From positions 53,816,001 to 53,880,000 of the forward strand of contig NC_091995.1 in NCBI RefSeq assembly GCF_044704955.1: a DNA stretch of 64,000 nt, read 5' to 3'. Each line of letters starts with the position of its first letter. Within the stretch, counting starts at the first letter, position 1. This document shows, in pieces, positions 50,520 through 63,500 of the stretch. The notes below the pieces were generated by a model that saw only the letters and a list, made by a program, of their open reading frames with translations, was not told the DNA's origin and did no database searches. Source of the stretch: Pristiophorus japonicus. Taxonomy: Eukaryota. The translations under genes were made by a program, and so were the position numbers.

Positions 50520-51995
50520 AGTGATGCCTTTGAAACGAACAAGTTATTTGAACTCGCCAATCTTCACATTGTATTTTTCTTCAATATCTTTTTGAACCTG
50601 ATCCCAAGGTAATTCCCAACTGGAAATGTCGTCTGTTGGTATTATGGTATCTGTTCAGCCCTGAGCTCCGGTGATATTCAGCACTGTGCTGTGTGTACTT
50701 CCTCTGCGTACAGTCACACAGGACGCCACAGAAGGGACACTGCTCCCCACAGCCACTTAACATTGTGTACAATTCCCTGGATGGATCTGTGGGAAGAGCA
50801 GTGATTTTCCCAGCAATATCCTTTCCCCAATCTCTAACCCTTTCTGTCAGATCATTTGTACTGATAAAACTTCCAATTTCTTGATTAAAGTTCTGCGGGT
50901 TAATCTTTTCAGACTGGAAAGAAACAGTTCCCACCTTCTCCTGTGGAATCTGTCTGTCATCGCCCAATTTCTCTTTAAACGCCCAAATAATACCGGTCAC
51001 TGAATTCTCATTATTTGGAGGTGTTGTATCCTGGATAGCTTCCCTCACCCGCCTGATAAACCCGTGCAGAATATCCAGTGCGAGGCAGCACAGCAGAGGA
51101 GCTTGTTCTTAAAGGCAATCTTTTTCAGGATGACACGGTGTGGTTTATATATCGGTAATACTCAGCAAAACTCTCTCTCTCCTTCAAATGTAGCATCAGA
51201 GCCACCTGGAAATATTTCCGGGAATCTCCCACCTTTGCAGTGATATCTCATGTGCTGCACAATTTCTGATCCCAATGTTACATCAACAGCCTTTCCTCTT
51301 GCTGCTTTGAGCGACACTGTTCCTTCAGTTTTTGTCAAATTTTTTGTCATAACACTCATGTGAAATGCTTTGGGATGTTTTACTATGTTAAAGTGCTATA
51401 TAAATAGAAGTTGTTGTTGTTTGAAATCCTGCAAGGACACATTTTCCGATTTTATATTTGAGAATGGCCTCCCTTTGATACAATTTTCAATGTTTTCCGA
51501 ACTGGCTTTGCCTTGTGAACAAATCTTGTCAGCCTCATGTGTTACAATTAACAACCTCGCAATTGTCGACAATTCCTCCAAACTCTCGGGGCCCTGGCGA
51601 GTCTTTGTTCATGGGTTATTTCCAGGGTGTAGTTTAATATGGTTTGCAGGGTCTCAGTGAACTCTGCGCTGTTTCTTGTTCCTCGTAGTCAGTTAAGAGT
51701 TCTGTGATATCATTGCCTGGAGTAGGTTTTACTGTATTTGCATCAGAAGCGTTGTTGCAGGAATTGAAGTGTCTGTCTGTACTGAACTCTGTGCTGGTGC
51801 AGTTGTGGTTTTGTGAGCTCCCACTGGGTCACGTGGACTGTGACCTCCCACTGGGTCACGTGGACTTGCTCCGGGCTGTGACCCGCTCCCAAATGGCTCT
51901 GTCTGGAGCTGCGAATCAGATTTAATCAGCTCCAGTTCCTCATTATTATCCGTGGATTCCGGGTGATGGAGATTGAGCTCGGTCTCCAGAAATGG
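50520..51995 (-). pseudogene. Interferon-induced very large GTPase (GVIN1/VLIG)/URGCP-like pseudogene remnant
   Basis: GCGEQCPFCGVLCDC..QHSAEYHRSSGL resembles the C-terminal Cys/His motif of the VLIG/URGCP family; broken ORFs upstream; splice-acceptor-like TTTCCCCACAG at ~51996-52006. Confidence 0.7.
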
Positions 51996-52680
51996 CTGTG
52001 GGGAAACCAATGAAAATATTAAACATGTAAACTACACAGAGAATAGTGTAACTGTGAACATTAATAGGCAGCAATTTCAACAGTATTTTGTAAAACTTAG
52101 AATCTCACCAGTTTGATGTCCTTTTCCAACATTGATATGGAATGCTTGCTGTGGGTTTCCTGCTTCATATGTTTCTATGGACAAGAGTAAGGAGCTATAA
52201 TTGTGAACCCTGTTACATACAGAGATGTGACAACTCTGGTCTTTACTGTGGGCCATTCCCATGTTTCAGGCTTGGGACGTTCCAATTATTCTCCCAGCCC
52301 TGAGACCCCCGACACCCGATCTCCCTCTCGGCCCTAAGAACAAGCAACCCCCAACCTCCGCCCAATTCGCGTCCTCCAGGTTCCCCGGCTACGACCACGA
52401 TCTCCCACCCTCCCTGGCCACGAGACCCCTGACCTCCACCCTGCAGGATTCCCAGCCACAGCCCCCGATCTCCAGGCTGTCTGTCCCCATTGTCCCTCCC
52501 ACCCTGGCCCTGAGACCCCTAACCACTAGTCTCTATGGACCCGACCCCGGCCCCAATCACCCTCCCCGCTTCCCCAACCTCCAGGCTCCAAGAACTGGAG
52601 ATTCTCTCACACCCACTAAACTCCCCACAGTGACACATGGGGACCAGTGAGGGGGGTAAAGGGAGGGGTAACCTCACCAA

Positions 52681-54209
52681 TGTAGAATTTACCAATATCT
52701 CGCAAAGATTCCAGTTACCTTTCCCCTACAGAGGAGAAAAATCCCTTTCTGGGCTTTTAAAATGAGTTTAAAGGGGCAGACGAAGCCAGCGGGGGATAAA
52801 AGGGGATGCATTCATGGAGAACCCTCCCCCCCAGTGTATGGACTCATAAAAAAGGAAATTCAAAATGGGCCTAAATTACAGAAGCTTGAGATACCCTAAA
52901 CATCTATGGGAAGGAGCATATCAATTTTAAGATTCTACAACATTTTGGCTGCGGAAAAGAGTTACCAAATACAGGAGGTGGGGCCAAACTCGTACATTAA
53001 GGACCCCAGGCTATTCACCCTCGAAGAGATAATCGAATTACCCAATCAAGCACAATAGAAATCATGGTGAAGAAACTGGACAATCCTAAAACAATGCAAA
53101 ACCAGTGATAGCACATTCTCACACCCTAATCGAGTTACTGCTGACAAAGGAGACATTTGAAAATCAATGGACAGAACAGTTTAAACAGAGCCCAAGAGAT
53201 TTGATGGGAGATAACGGAGCCTTTTTGTTGGGATATATCTATCCCCCAGTTTTACAAGGAAAGGCTAGCAGAACACAGAAGTGGCAGAACACAGAAGTGG
53301 CAGAACTAGCAGAACACAGAACGAAGCAGAACACAGACTCGAAAGGAACTCAGACAGACACAAGCAGCCTGCTTGCTCTACAGTGAAGAAATGGAATAGT
53401 GAAGGAAACTACCAGAACTCATCAGGAACCGACCGAGCACGAGGCCCACGAAATGGAAGGTTGTCAGCAACCAAATTGACAAACCCGGGCCACCACAACC
53501 AGCGAAACGACCAACCAAAACCAACTCCGCAAAAACCGAAGAATCGACATTTATTTCCACTCTACAATCTACTTCTGAACGCCAAACGGTGAGAAATTAC
53601 CTCAAAAGACTAACTAAAACCAAAGAAAGTGGGTACTCATCCCATACATCCGAAACGCAACTTAGCGCATCAAAGGACGCACCCCAACCGGAGACTACAC
53701 AGTCCGAAGTCCTCTCCTCCGTCCGGGGTACGGCTCGACTCGAAAGCCAAGTGCAGCGAACCCCGAAACCGTGATTCACCGGCAACTGTCTAAAGGGATT
53801 GGTGAGCATAGCCCCTGAACCCTCAGAGCTATAACTTAGTTAGTTAGGGGAATTGGGAGGGAGGGGGAGGCTGGGATAACTTGTGTAAATGTATCTGCAT
53901 TCTCCTCTTTACCCCATTTAGAGTTTAAGCTGTATTCTTTTCCCCACAGATTGTAATTTGACATTTTATTCAATGTGTTGTACCCTTCAGTGTGTATTGG
54001 TCTGTGTGTGTTATTAAAGGTGTGCCTTTTACTTCTTTTTAAACACAATAAAGCCATACCTGTTTCCTACCTTGAAACCGATTGTCTGTCCAAGTCTGTC
54101 ACAGTCCCTTCATAATTCCAGTGTCTGGAACCAAGGGTGTGGGAGCGATTCGGAACCGCTCATATAAGGTCAGAAGGGAAAGCTGACCCCCTGCAAACCA
54201 CCCCTTACA
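52681..54209 (+). mobile_element. Solo LTR (1529 bp)
   Basis: TGTA...TACA termini; 4-bp TSD CCAA (52677-52680, 54210-54213); AATAAA at 54047-54052; internal AGAACACAGAA repeats. Confidence 0.75.
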
Positions 54210-54221
54210 CCAATTCCACAG

Positions 54222-56605
54222 GAACAGGAGTAGGTCATTCAGACCCTCGAGCCTGTTCTGACATTCAGTTAGATCATGGCTCATCTGTATCTACCCACCT
54301 TGGTTCTGTAACCCTTAATAGTCTTGCCTATCAAAAATCTATCAATCTCAGTTAATAAGTATTTAATTGCCCCCAGCCTCAACAGCTTTTTAGGGAAGAG
54401 AATTACAGATTTGCACTCCCCATTGTGTGAAGAAGTGTTTCCTGACATCACACCTGAACAGCCTAGCTCTAATTTTAAGACTATGCCCTATTGTTCTGAA
54501 CTCCCCACCAGAGGAAACCGTTTCTCCCTATCTACTTGATCTTAAACTCCTCATTTAGATCACCACTTAATCTTCTATATTCAAGGGAATACAAACCCAG
54601 TCTATGCATCTAATTTAACCATTTTATCTCCGGTATCATTCTGGTGAATCTGTGCTGCACCCTCTCCAAGGTCAACATCATGGGCCCAAGTTTCCACAGG
54701 ATAAAAAACGGGCGCCCCTCCGAGCTGGGCGCCCGTTTTTCGCGCCTAAAACGGCGGCAGAATAAAAACGCGCTATTCTCGAGCGCTTTGCAGCTCCTTG
54801 TCTGTTTGGCGCGGCGCCCAGGGGGGCGGAGCCTACACTCGCGCCGATTTTGTAAGTGGGAGGGGGCGGGTACTATTTAAATTAGTTTTTTTCCTGCCGG
54901 CAAGGCTGCGCGTGCGCGTTGGAGCGTTCGCGCACGCGCAGTGTGAAAAAAACATTGGCACTCCACCATTTCTGTAGTTCTTTGTAGCTGTTTAATTTTT
55001 GAACATTTTTTAATAAAAGCACATTGCCATCAGCACTGAGGCTACCCTTCTCACTGTCTCCTTCCCCTCCCCACCCTCCGCGGCAACAAACCGCTGTCTC
55101 CTTCCCCTCCCCACCCTCCGCGGCAACAAACGGCTGTCTCCTTTCCCAACCCCCCCCCCGCAGGAATGAACGATGGCTGAAGCACTTTCACACAGGTAGG
55201 AAGATGGTTTATTTAATCTTTTCTTTGCTTATAAATGTTTATTCAGGTTGGATTTATTTGTATAATATTTGTAGAAGTATAAATAAGGATTTATTGTAGA
55301 ATTTAATGACTTCCCATTCCCCCCCCCCACCTCGTTCTGGACGCCTAATTTGTAACCTGCGCCTGATTTTTTAATGTGTAGAACAGGCTTTTTCAGTTCG
55401 ACAAAAATCTTCACTTGCTCCATTCTACTTTAGTTTGGAGTACATTTTCACTGTGGAAACTTTCAAATCAGGTGTCAGTGGCCGGACACGCTCCCTTTTG
55501 AAGAAAAAATTCTGTTCCAAAGTAGAACTGTTCTACCTGACCAGAACTGCAGAAAAAAAAATGTGGAGAATTGCGATTTCTAAGATAGTCCGTTCTCCAC
55601 CAGTTGCTCCTAAAAATCAGGCGCAAATCATGTGGAAACTTGGGCCCATTGTTCCTGAGGTGCGGTGCCCAGAACTGAACACATTGCTCTCGATGGGGTC
55701 TAACCAGAGCTCTATACAGCTGTAACGTAACTTCCACCCATCTGTATTCCAGCCCTCGAGATAAAGGCCAACATTCAATGAGCTTTTAAAATTATTTTTG
55801 TACCTGTCCACTCGATGTCTGTACCTGGACCCCTAAATCGCTCTGTTCATCCACAGTTCCCAGCTTTTCACCATTTGGAAATTACTCTGATCGATCTTTC
55901 CTGTGTGCAAAGTGGATGACCTCACACTTTCCCAGAGTTTTGCCCACTCACTTAATCAATGTCCCGTTGCAACTTTCTGCTCCCATCTACACTATTTACT
56001 GTGTCGCCTAACTTGGTGTTGTCAATAAACCTGGACAAAGGCTCCCTATTCCTTCATCCAAGTCATTTACAAATACAGTGAAAAGCTGAGGCCCCAGTAC
56101 AGATCCCTTGGGGACAGCACTAGTCACATTCTGTCAATTGGAGAATATAATCATTATCCCTACTCTCTGTCTCCTACCTCCTAACCAATTCCCTATCCAA
56201 CCTAGTAGGTTGCCTCAAATTCCATGCCCTCTCATTTTTGTTAACAGTATCTTACGTGCAACCTTATTGAACCTTCTGAAATTCCATACAAATAACATTC
56301 ACAGACATTCCTTTATCTACCATGTTAGTTATCTCCTCAAAAAATTCAACTAACTTCGTTCGACATGACTTACCCTTTACAAATCCATGCTGGCTCTCTC
56401 TGATCAGTTAATATTTGTCCAAGTGCTCAGTCACTCAGTCCCTAATATCAGATTCAAGTAACTTCCCCACAACTGACGTTAGACTAATAGGCCTATCATT
56501 TCTAGTTCATCTCTCCTACCGTTCTTAAATAATGGTGTGACATTGGCAGGCTTAAAATCCATGGGGACAATTCCTGAATCGAGAGAGTTTTGGAAAATCA
56601 TGACT
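54222..56605 (-). mobile_element. Old CR1 3'/RT fragment, interrupted by a TIR element
   Basis: LQLYRALVRPHREQCVQFWAPHL; decayed RT motifs to ~56600. Confidence 0.8.
54680..55649. mobile_element. Non-autonomous DNA transposon (MITE-like) with 19-bp TIRs
   Basis: ATGGGCCCAAGTTTCCACA (54680-54698) is the exact reverse complement of TGTGGAAACTTGGGCCCAT (55631-55649); it interrupts a CR1. Confidence 0.85.
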
Positions 56606-56687
56606 ATATTTGTAATGTTTTATATATTAATCTAGTTAGTTCCTTCACTTTCAACTTTGTTATCGCATATACTCCCGTGAAGCGCCT

Positions 56688-57390
56688 TAGAAACATAGAA
56701 ACATAGAAAATAGGTGCAGGAGTAGGCCATTCGGCCCTTCGAGCCTGCACCGCCATTCAACAAGATCATGGCTGATCACCCAGCACCTCCCCCCCACGCA
56801 CCCCCGACCCCCCCAGCCGCAAGGACCATATCCAACTCCCTCCCGAACACATCCAATGAACTGGCATCAACAACTCTCCGCCACAGGGATCCCCACAGGC
56901 CAACAACTCCCCGAGTGAAGAAGTCTCTCCCCATCCCAGCCTCAAACAGCCCACCCCCCATCCCCAGAGCGTGACCCCGCCCCCCCACCCCCCGGCTCCG
57001 GACCCACCCAACACGGGGAACACCCCCCCGAACCCAACCCGCCCTGTCCCGTCAGAATCCTTCCCAAATGCCGACCACCCCCGGATGTCGAGCCCCCAGC
57101 CCAGGCCACCCCGGAGCCACGCCCCCGCGACGTCAAGCACACCACATCCACCAACCGCCATCTACGCAGTCAACCCGTCCACCCCACTCCGAACATCCCC
57201 GCACCGAGGCACAGAGCCCCCAGGCCCGTCCCTCCAACACACTTTGCCCCCCCCCCAGACCTCCGCTGCAATGTGGCCGCTCCTGTCCCCCGCCCTGGGT
57301 TTCTCCGGTCCCCACCTCCACGACTCTCCCCTCCATCCCCTGCCCCCGTCTCCCCTCAACTTCCCTCTGCCTCCCTGCACAGGCTCCCAC
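56688..57390 (-). mobile_element. Internally deleted CR1 copy with strand-biased hypermutation
   Basis: CR1 tail and 3' end joined to the ORF1/ORF2 junction (compare 800-1105); many plus-strand T are C. Confidence 0.8.
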
Positions 57391-57552
57391 CTCGGGGGTG
57401 GTAACCTTCTGGGGCAGGGAATTTCAGCCCCCAGCGTGGAAGTCCTGCTCCCGCCGCAGAATTGGCCTTACCACCCGTCAATGGAAGCAGAGTGCAATTT
57501 CCCACACTCCACTTCCCTTGGAGGCAGTGACCAGGGCATGACTGGATGCTCA

Positions 57553-60500
57553 TGTGACAGTTTGAACTGGTGCTCTCCACTCTCTGTCCTGTGACAGTTT
57601 GAACTGGTGCTCTCCACTCTCTGTCCTGTGACAGTTTGAACTGGTGCTCTCCACTCTCTGTCCTGTGACAGTTTGAACTGGTGCTCTCCACTCTCCCGTC
57701 CTGTGACAGTTTGAACTGGTGCTCTCCACTCTCTGTCCTGTGACAGTTTGAACTGGTGCTCTCCACTCTCCCGTCCTGTGACAGTTTGAACTGGTGCTCT
57801 CCACTCTCTGTCCTGTGACAGTTTGAACTGGTGCTCTCCACTCTCTGTCCTGTGACAGTTTGAACTGGTGCTCTCCACTCTCCCGTCCTGTGACAGTTTG
57901 AACTGGTGCTCTCCACTCTCTGTCCTGTGACAGTTTGAACTGGTGCTCTCCACTCTCCCGTCCTGTGACAGTTTGAACTGGTGCTCTCCACTCTCTGTCC
58001 TGTGACAGTTGGAACTGGTGCTCTCCACTCTCTGTCCTGTGACAGTTTGAACTGGTGCTCTCCACTCTCTGTCCTGTGACAGTTTGAACTGGTGCTCTCC
58101 ACTCTCTCTCCTGTGACAGTTGGAACTGGTGCTCTCCATCTCTCTGTCCTGTGACAGTTTGAACTGGTGCTCTCCACTCTCTGTCCTGTGACAGTTTGAA
58201 CTGGTGCTCTCCACTCTCTCTCCTGTGACAGTTTGAACTGGTGCTCTCCACTCTCTCTCCTGTGATAGTTTGAACTGGTGCTCTCCACTCTCCGTCCTGT
58301 GACAGTTTGAACTGGTGCTCTCCACTCTCTCTCCTGTGATAGTTTGAACTGGTGCTCTCCACTCTCCGTCCTGTGACAGTTTGAACTGGTGCTCTCCACT
58401 CTCTGTCCTGTGACAGTTGGAACTGGTGCTCTCCACTCTCTGTCCTGTGACAGTTTGAACTGGTGCTCTCCACTCTCTGTCCTGTGACAGTTTGAACTGG
58501 TGCTCTCCACTCTCTGTCCTGTGACAGTTAGAACTGGTGCTCTCCACTCTCTGTCCTGTGACAGTTGGAACTGGTGCTCTCCACTCTCTGTCCTGTGACA
58601 GTTTGAACTGGTGCTCTCCACTCTCTGTCCTGTGACAGTTAGAACTGCTGCTCTCCACTCTCTGTCCTGTGACAGTTTGAACTGGTGCTCTCCACTGTCT
58701 GTCCTGTGACAGTTGGAACTGGTGCTCTCCACTCTCTGTCCTGAGACAGTTGGAACTGGTGCTCTCCACTCTCCCGTCCTGTGACAGTTTGAACTGGTGC
58801 TCTCCATTCTCCCATCCTGTGACAGTTGGAACTGGTGCTCTCCACTCTCCCGTCCTGTGACAGTTTGAACTGGTGCTCTCCACTCTCTGTCCTGTGACAG
58901 TTTGAACTGGTGCTCTCCACTCTCTGTCCTGTGACAATTTGAACTGGTGCTCTCCACTCTCTCTCCTGTGACAGTTTGAACTGGTGCTCTCCACTCTCTG
59001 TCCTGTGACAGTGTGAACTGGTGCTCTCCACTCTCTGTCCTGTGACAGTGTGAACTGGTGCTCTCCACTCTCCCGTCCTGTGACAGTTTGAACTGGTGCT
59101 CCCCACTCTCCCGTCCTGTGACAGTTTGAACTGGTGCTCTCCACTCTCCCGTCCTGTGACAGTTTGAACTGGTGCTCTCCACTCTCTGTCCTGTGACAGT
59201 TTGAACTGGTGCTCTCCACTCTCTGTCCTGTGACAATTTGAACTGGTGCTCTCCACTCTCTCTCCTGTGACAGTTTGAACTGGTGCTCTCCACTCTCTGT
59301 CCTGTGACAGTGTGAACTGGTGCTCTCCACTCTCTGTCCTGTGACAGTGTGAACTGGTGCTCTCCACTCTCCCGTCCTGTGACAGTTTGAACTGGTGCTC
59401 CCCACTCTCCCGTCCTGTGACAGTTTGAACTGGTGCTCTCCACTCTCTGTCCTGTGACAGTTTGAACTGGTGCTCTCCACTCTCTGTCCTGTGACAGTTG
59501 GAACTGGTGCTCTCCATCTCTCTCCTGTGACAGTTTGAACTGGTGCTCTCCACTCTCTGTCCTGTGACAGTTTGAACTGGTGCTCTCCACTCTCTGTCCT
59601 GTGACAGTTTGAACTGGTGCTCTTCACTCTCCCGTCCTGTGACAGTTTGAACTGATGCTCTCCACTCTCGGTCCTGTGACAGTTTGAACTGGTGCTCTCC
59701 ACTCTCCCGTCCTGTGACAGTTTGAACTGGTGCTCTCCACTCTCCCGTCCTGTGACAGTTTGAACTGGTGCTCTCCACTCTCTGTCCTGTGACAGTTTGA
59801 ACTGGTGCTCTCCACGCTCTGTCCTGTGACAGTTGGAACTGGTGCTCTCCACTCTCCCGTCCTGTGACAGTGTGAACTGGTGCTCTCCACTCTCTGTCCT
59901 GTGACAGTTTGAACTGGTGCTCTCCACTCTCTGTCCTGTGACAGTGTGAACTGGTGCTCTCCACTCTCTGACATGCGACAGTGTGAACTGGTGCTCTCCA
60001 CTCTCTGTACTGTGACAGTTTGAACTGGTGCTCTCCACTCTCTGTCCTGTGACAGTTTGAACTGGTGCTCTCCACTCTCTGTCCTGTGACAGTTTGAACT
60101 GGTGCTCTCCACTCTCCCGTCCTGTGACAGTTTGAACTGGTGCTCTCCACTCTCTGTCCTGTGACAGTTGGAACTGGTGCTCTCCACTCTCTGTCCTGTG
60201 ACAGTTGGAACTGGTGCTCTCCATCTCTCTCCTGTGACAGTTTGAACTGGTGCTCTCCACTCTCTGTCCTGCGACAGTTTGAACTGGTGCTCTCCACTCT
60301 CCCGTCCTGTGACAGTTTGAACTGGTGCTCTCCACTCTCTGTCCTGTGACAGTTAGAACTGGTGCTCTCCACTCTCTGTCCTGTGACAGTTTGAACTGGT
60401 GCTCTCCACTCTCTGTCCTGTGACAGTTTGAACTGGTGCTCTCCACTCTCTGTCCTGTGACAGTTGGAACTGGTGCTCTCCATCTCTCTCCTGTGACAGT

Positions 60501-63500
60501 TTGAACTGGTGCTCCCCACTCTCTGTCCTGTGACAGTTAGAACTGGTGCTCTCCACTCTCTGTCCTGTGACAGTTTGAACTGGTGCTCTCCACTCTCTGT
60601 CCTGTGACAGTTTGAACTGGTGTTCTCCACTCTATGTCCTTTGACAGTTTGAACTGGTGCTCTCCACTCTCTGTCCTGTGACAGTTTGAACTGGTGCTCC
60701 CCACTCTCCCGTCCTGTGACAGTTTGAACTGGTGCTCTCCACTCTCTGTCCTGTGACAGTTTGAACTGGTGCTCTCCACTCTCTGTCCTGTGACAGTTGG
60801 AACTGGTGCTCTCCATCTCTCTCCTGTGACAGTTTGAACTGGTGCTCTCCACTCTCTGTCCTGTGACAGTTTGAACTGGTGCTCTCCACTCTCTGTCCTG
60901 TGACTGTTTGAACTGGTGCTCTCCACTCTCCCGTCCTGTGACAGTTTGAACTGATGCTCTCCACTCTCGGTCCTGTGACAGTTTGAACTGGTGCTCTCCA
61001 CTCTCCCGTCCTGTGACAGTTTGAACTGGTGCTCTCCACTCTCTGTCCTGTGACAGTTTGAACTGGTGTTCCCCACTCTCTGTCCTGTGACAGTTTGAAC
61101 TGATGCTCTCCACTCTCTGTCCTGTGACAGTGTGAACTGGTGCTCTCCACTCTCTGTCCTGTGACAGTGGGAACTGGTGCTCTCCACTCTCTGTCCTGTG
61201 ACAGTTTGAACTGGTGCTCTCCACTCTCTGTCCTGTGACAGTTGGAACTGGTGCTCTCCACTCTCTGTCCTGTGACAGTTGGAACTGGTGCTCTCCATCT
61301 CTCTCCTGTGACAGTTTGAACTGGTGCTCTCCACTCTCTGTCCTGCGACAGTTTGAACTGGTGCTCTCCACTCTCCCGTCCTGTGACAGTTTGAACTGGT
61401 GCTCTCCACTCTCTGTCCTGTGACAGTTAGAACTGGTGCTCTCCACTCTCTGTCCTGTGACAGTTTGAACTGGTGCTCTCCACTCTCTGTCCTGTGACAG
61501 TTTGAACTGGTGCTCTCCACTCTCTGTCCTGTGACAGTTGGAACTGGTGCTCTCCATCTCTCTCCTGTGACAGTTTGAACTGGTGCTCCCCACTCTCTGT
61601 CCTGTGACAGTTTGAACTGGTGCTCTCCACTCTCTGTCCTGTGACAGTTTGAACTGGTGCTCTCCACTCTCTGTCCTGTGACAGTTTGAACTGGTGTTCT
61701 CCACTCTATGTCCTTTGACAGTTTGAACTGGTGCTCTCCACTCTCTGTCCTGTGATAGTTTGAACTGGTGCTCTCCACTCTCTGTCCTGTGACAGTTTGA
61801 ACTGGTGTTCTCCACTCTATGTCCTGTGACAGTTTGAACTGGTGCTCTCCACTCTCTGTCCTGTGACAGTGTGAACTGGTGCTCTCCACTCTCTGTCCTG
61901 TGACAGTGTGAACTGGTGCTCTCCACTCTCCCGTCCTGTGACAGTTTGAACTGGTGCTCCCCACTCTCCCGTCCTGTGACAGTTTGAACTGGTGCTCTCC
62001 ACTCTCTGTCCTGTGACAGTTTGAACTGGTGCTCTCCACTCTCTGTCCTGTGACAGTTGGAACTGGTGCTCTCCATCTCTCTCCTGTGACAGTTTGAACT
62101 GGTGCTCTCCACTCTCTGTCCTGTGACAGTTTGAACTGGTGCTCTCCACTCTCTGTCCTGTGACTGTTTGAACTGGTGCTCTCCACTCTCCCGTCCTGTG
62201 ACAGTTTGAACTGATGCTCTCCACTCTCGGTCCTGTGACAGTTTGAACTGGTGCTCTCCACTCTCCCGTCCTGTGACAGTTTGAACTGGTGCTCTCCACT
62301 CTCTGTCCTGTGACAGTTTGAACTGGTGTTCCCCACTCTCTGTCCTGTGACAGTTTGAACTGATGCTCTCCACTCTCTGTCCTGTGACAGTGTGAACTGG
62401 TGCTCTCCACTCTCTGTCCTGTGACAGTGGGAACTGGTGCTCTCCACTCTCTGTCCTGTGACAGTGTGAACTGGTGCTCTCCACTCTCTGTCCTGTGACA
62501 GTTTGAACTGGTGCTCTCCACTCTCTGTCCTGTGACAGTTTGAACTGGTGCTGTCCACTCTCTGTCCTGTGACAGTTTGAACTGGTGCTCTCCACTCTCC
62601 CGTCCTGTGACAGTTTGAACTGGTGCTCTCCACTCTCTGTCCTGTGACAGTGGGAACTGGTGCTCTCCACTCTCTGTCCTGTGACAGTTGGAACTGGTGC
62701 TCTCCACTCTCTGTCCTGTGACAGTTTGAACTGGTGCTCTCCACTCTCTGTCCTGTGACAGTTGGAACTGGTGCTCTCCACTCTCCCGTCCTGTGACAGT
62801 GTGAACTGGTGCTCTCACTCTCTGTCCTGTGACAGTTTGAACTGGTGCTCTCCACTCTCTGTCCTGTGACAGTTTGAACTGGTGCTCTCCACTCTCTGTC
62901 CTGTGACAGTGTGAACTGGTGCTCTCCACTCTCTGTCCTGTGACAGTTTGAACTGGTGCTCTCCACTCTCCCGTCCTGTGACAGTTTGAACTGGTGCTCT
63001 CCACTCTCCCGTCCTGTGACAGTTTGAACTGGTGCTCTCCACTCTCTGTCCTGTGACAGTTGGAACTGGTGCTCTCCACTCTCTGTCCTGTGACAGTTGG
63101 AACTGGTGCGCTCCATCTCTCTCCTGTGACAGTTTGAACTGGTGCTCTCCACTCTCTGTCCTGTGACAGTTTGAACTGGTGCTCTCCACTCTCTCTCCTG
63201 TGATAGTTTGAACTGGTGTTCTCCACTCTCCCGTCCTGTGACAGTTTGAACTGGTGCTCTCCACTCTCTGTCCTGTGACAGTTTGAACTGGTGCTCTCCA
63301 CTCTCTGTCCTGTGACAGTTTGAACTGGTGCTCTCCACTCTCTCTCCTGTGATAGTTTGAACTGGTGCTCTCCACTCTCTGTCCTGTGACAGTTTGAACT
63401 GGTGCTCTCCACTCTCTCTCCTGTGACAGTTGGAACTGGTGCTCTCCACTCTCTGTCCTGTGACAGTGTGAACTGGTGCTCTCCACTCTCTGTCCTGTGA

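Noticed and set aside
49452-50612. Cys-rich metallothionein-like ORFs (CSECECE)
   Set aside because: Translation of a ~50-bp minisatellite
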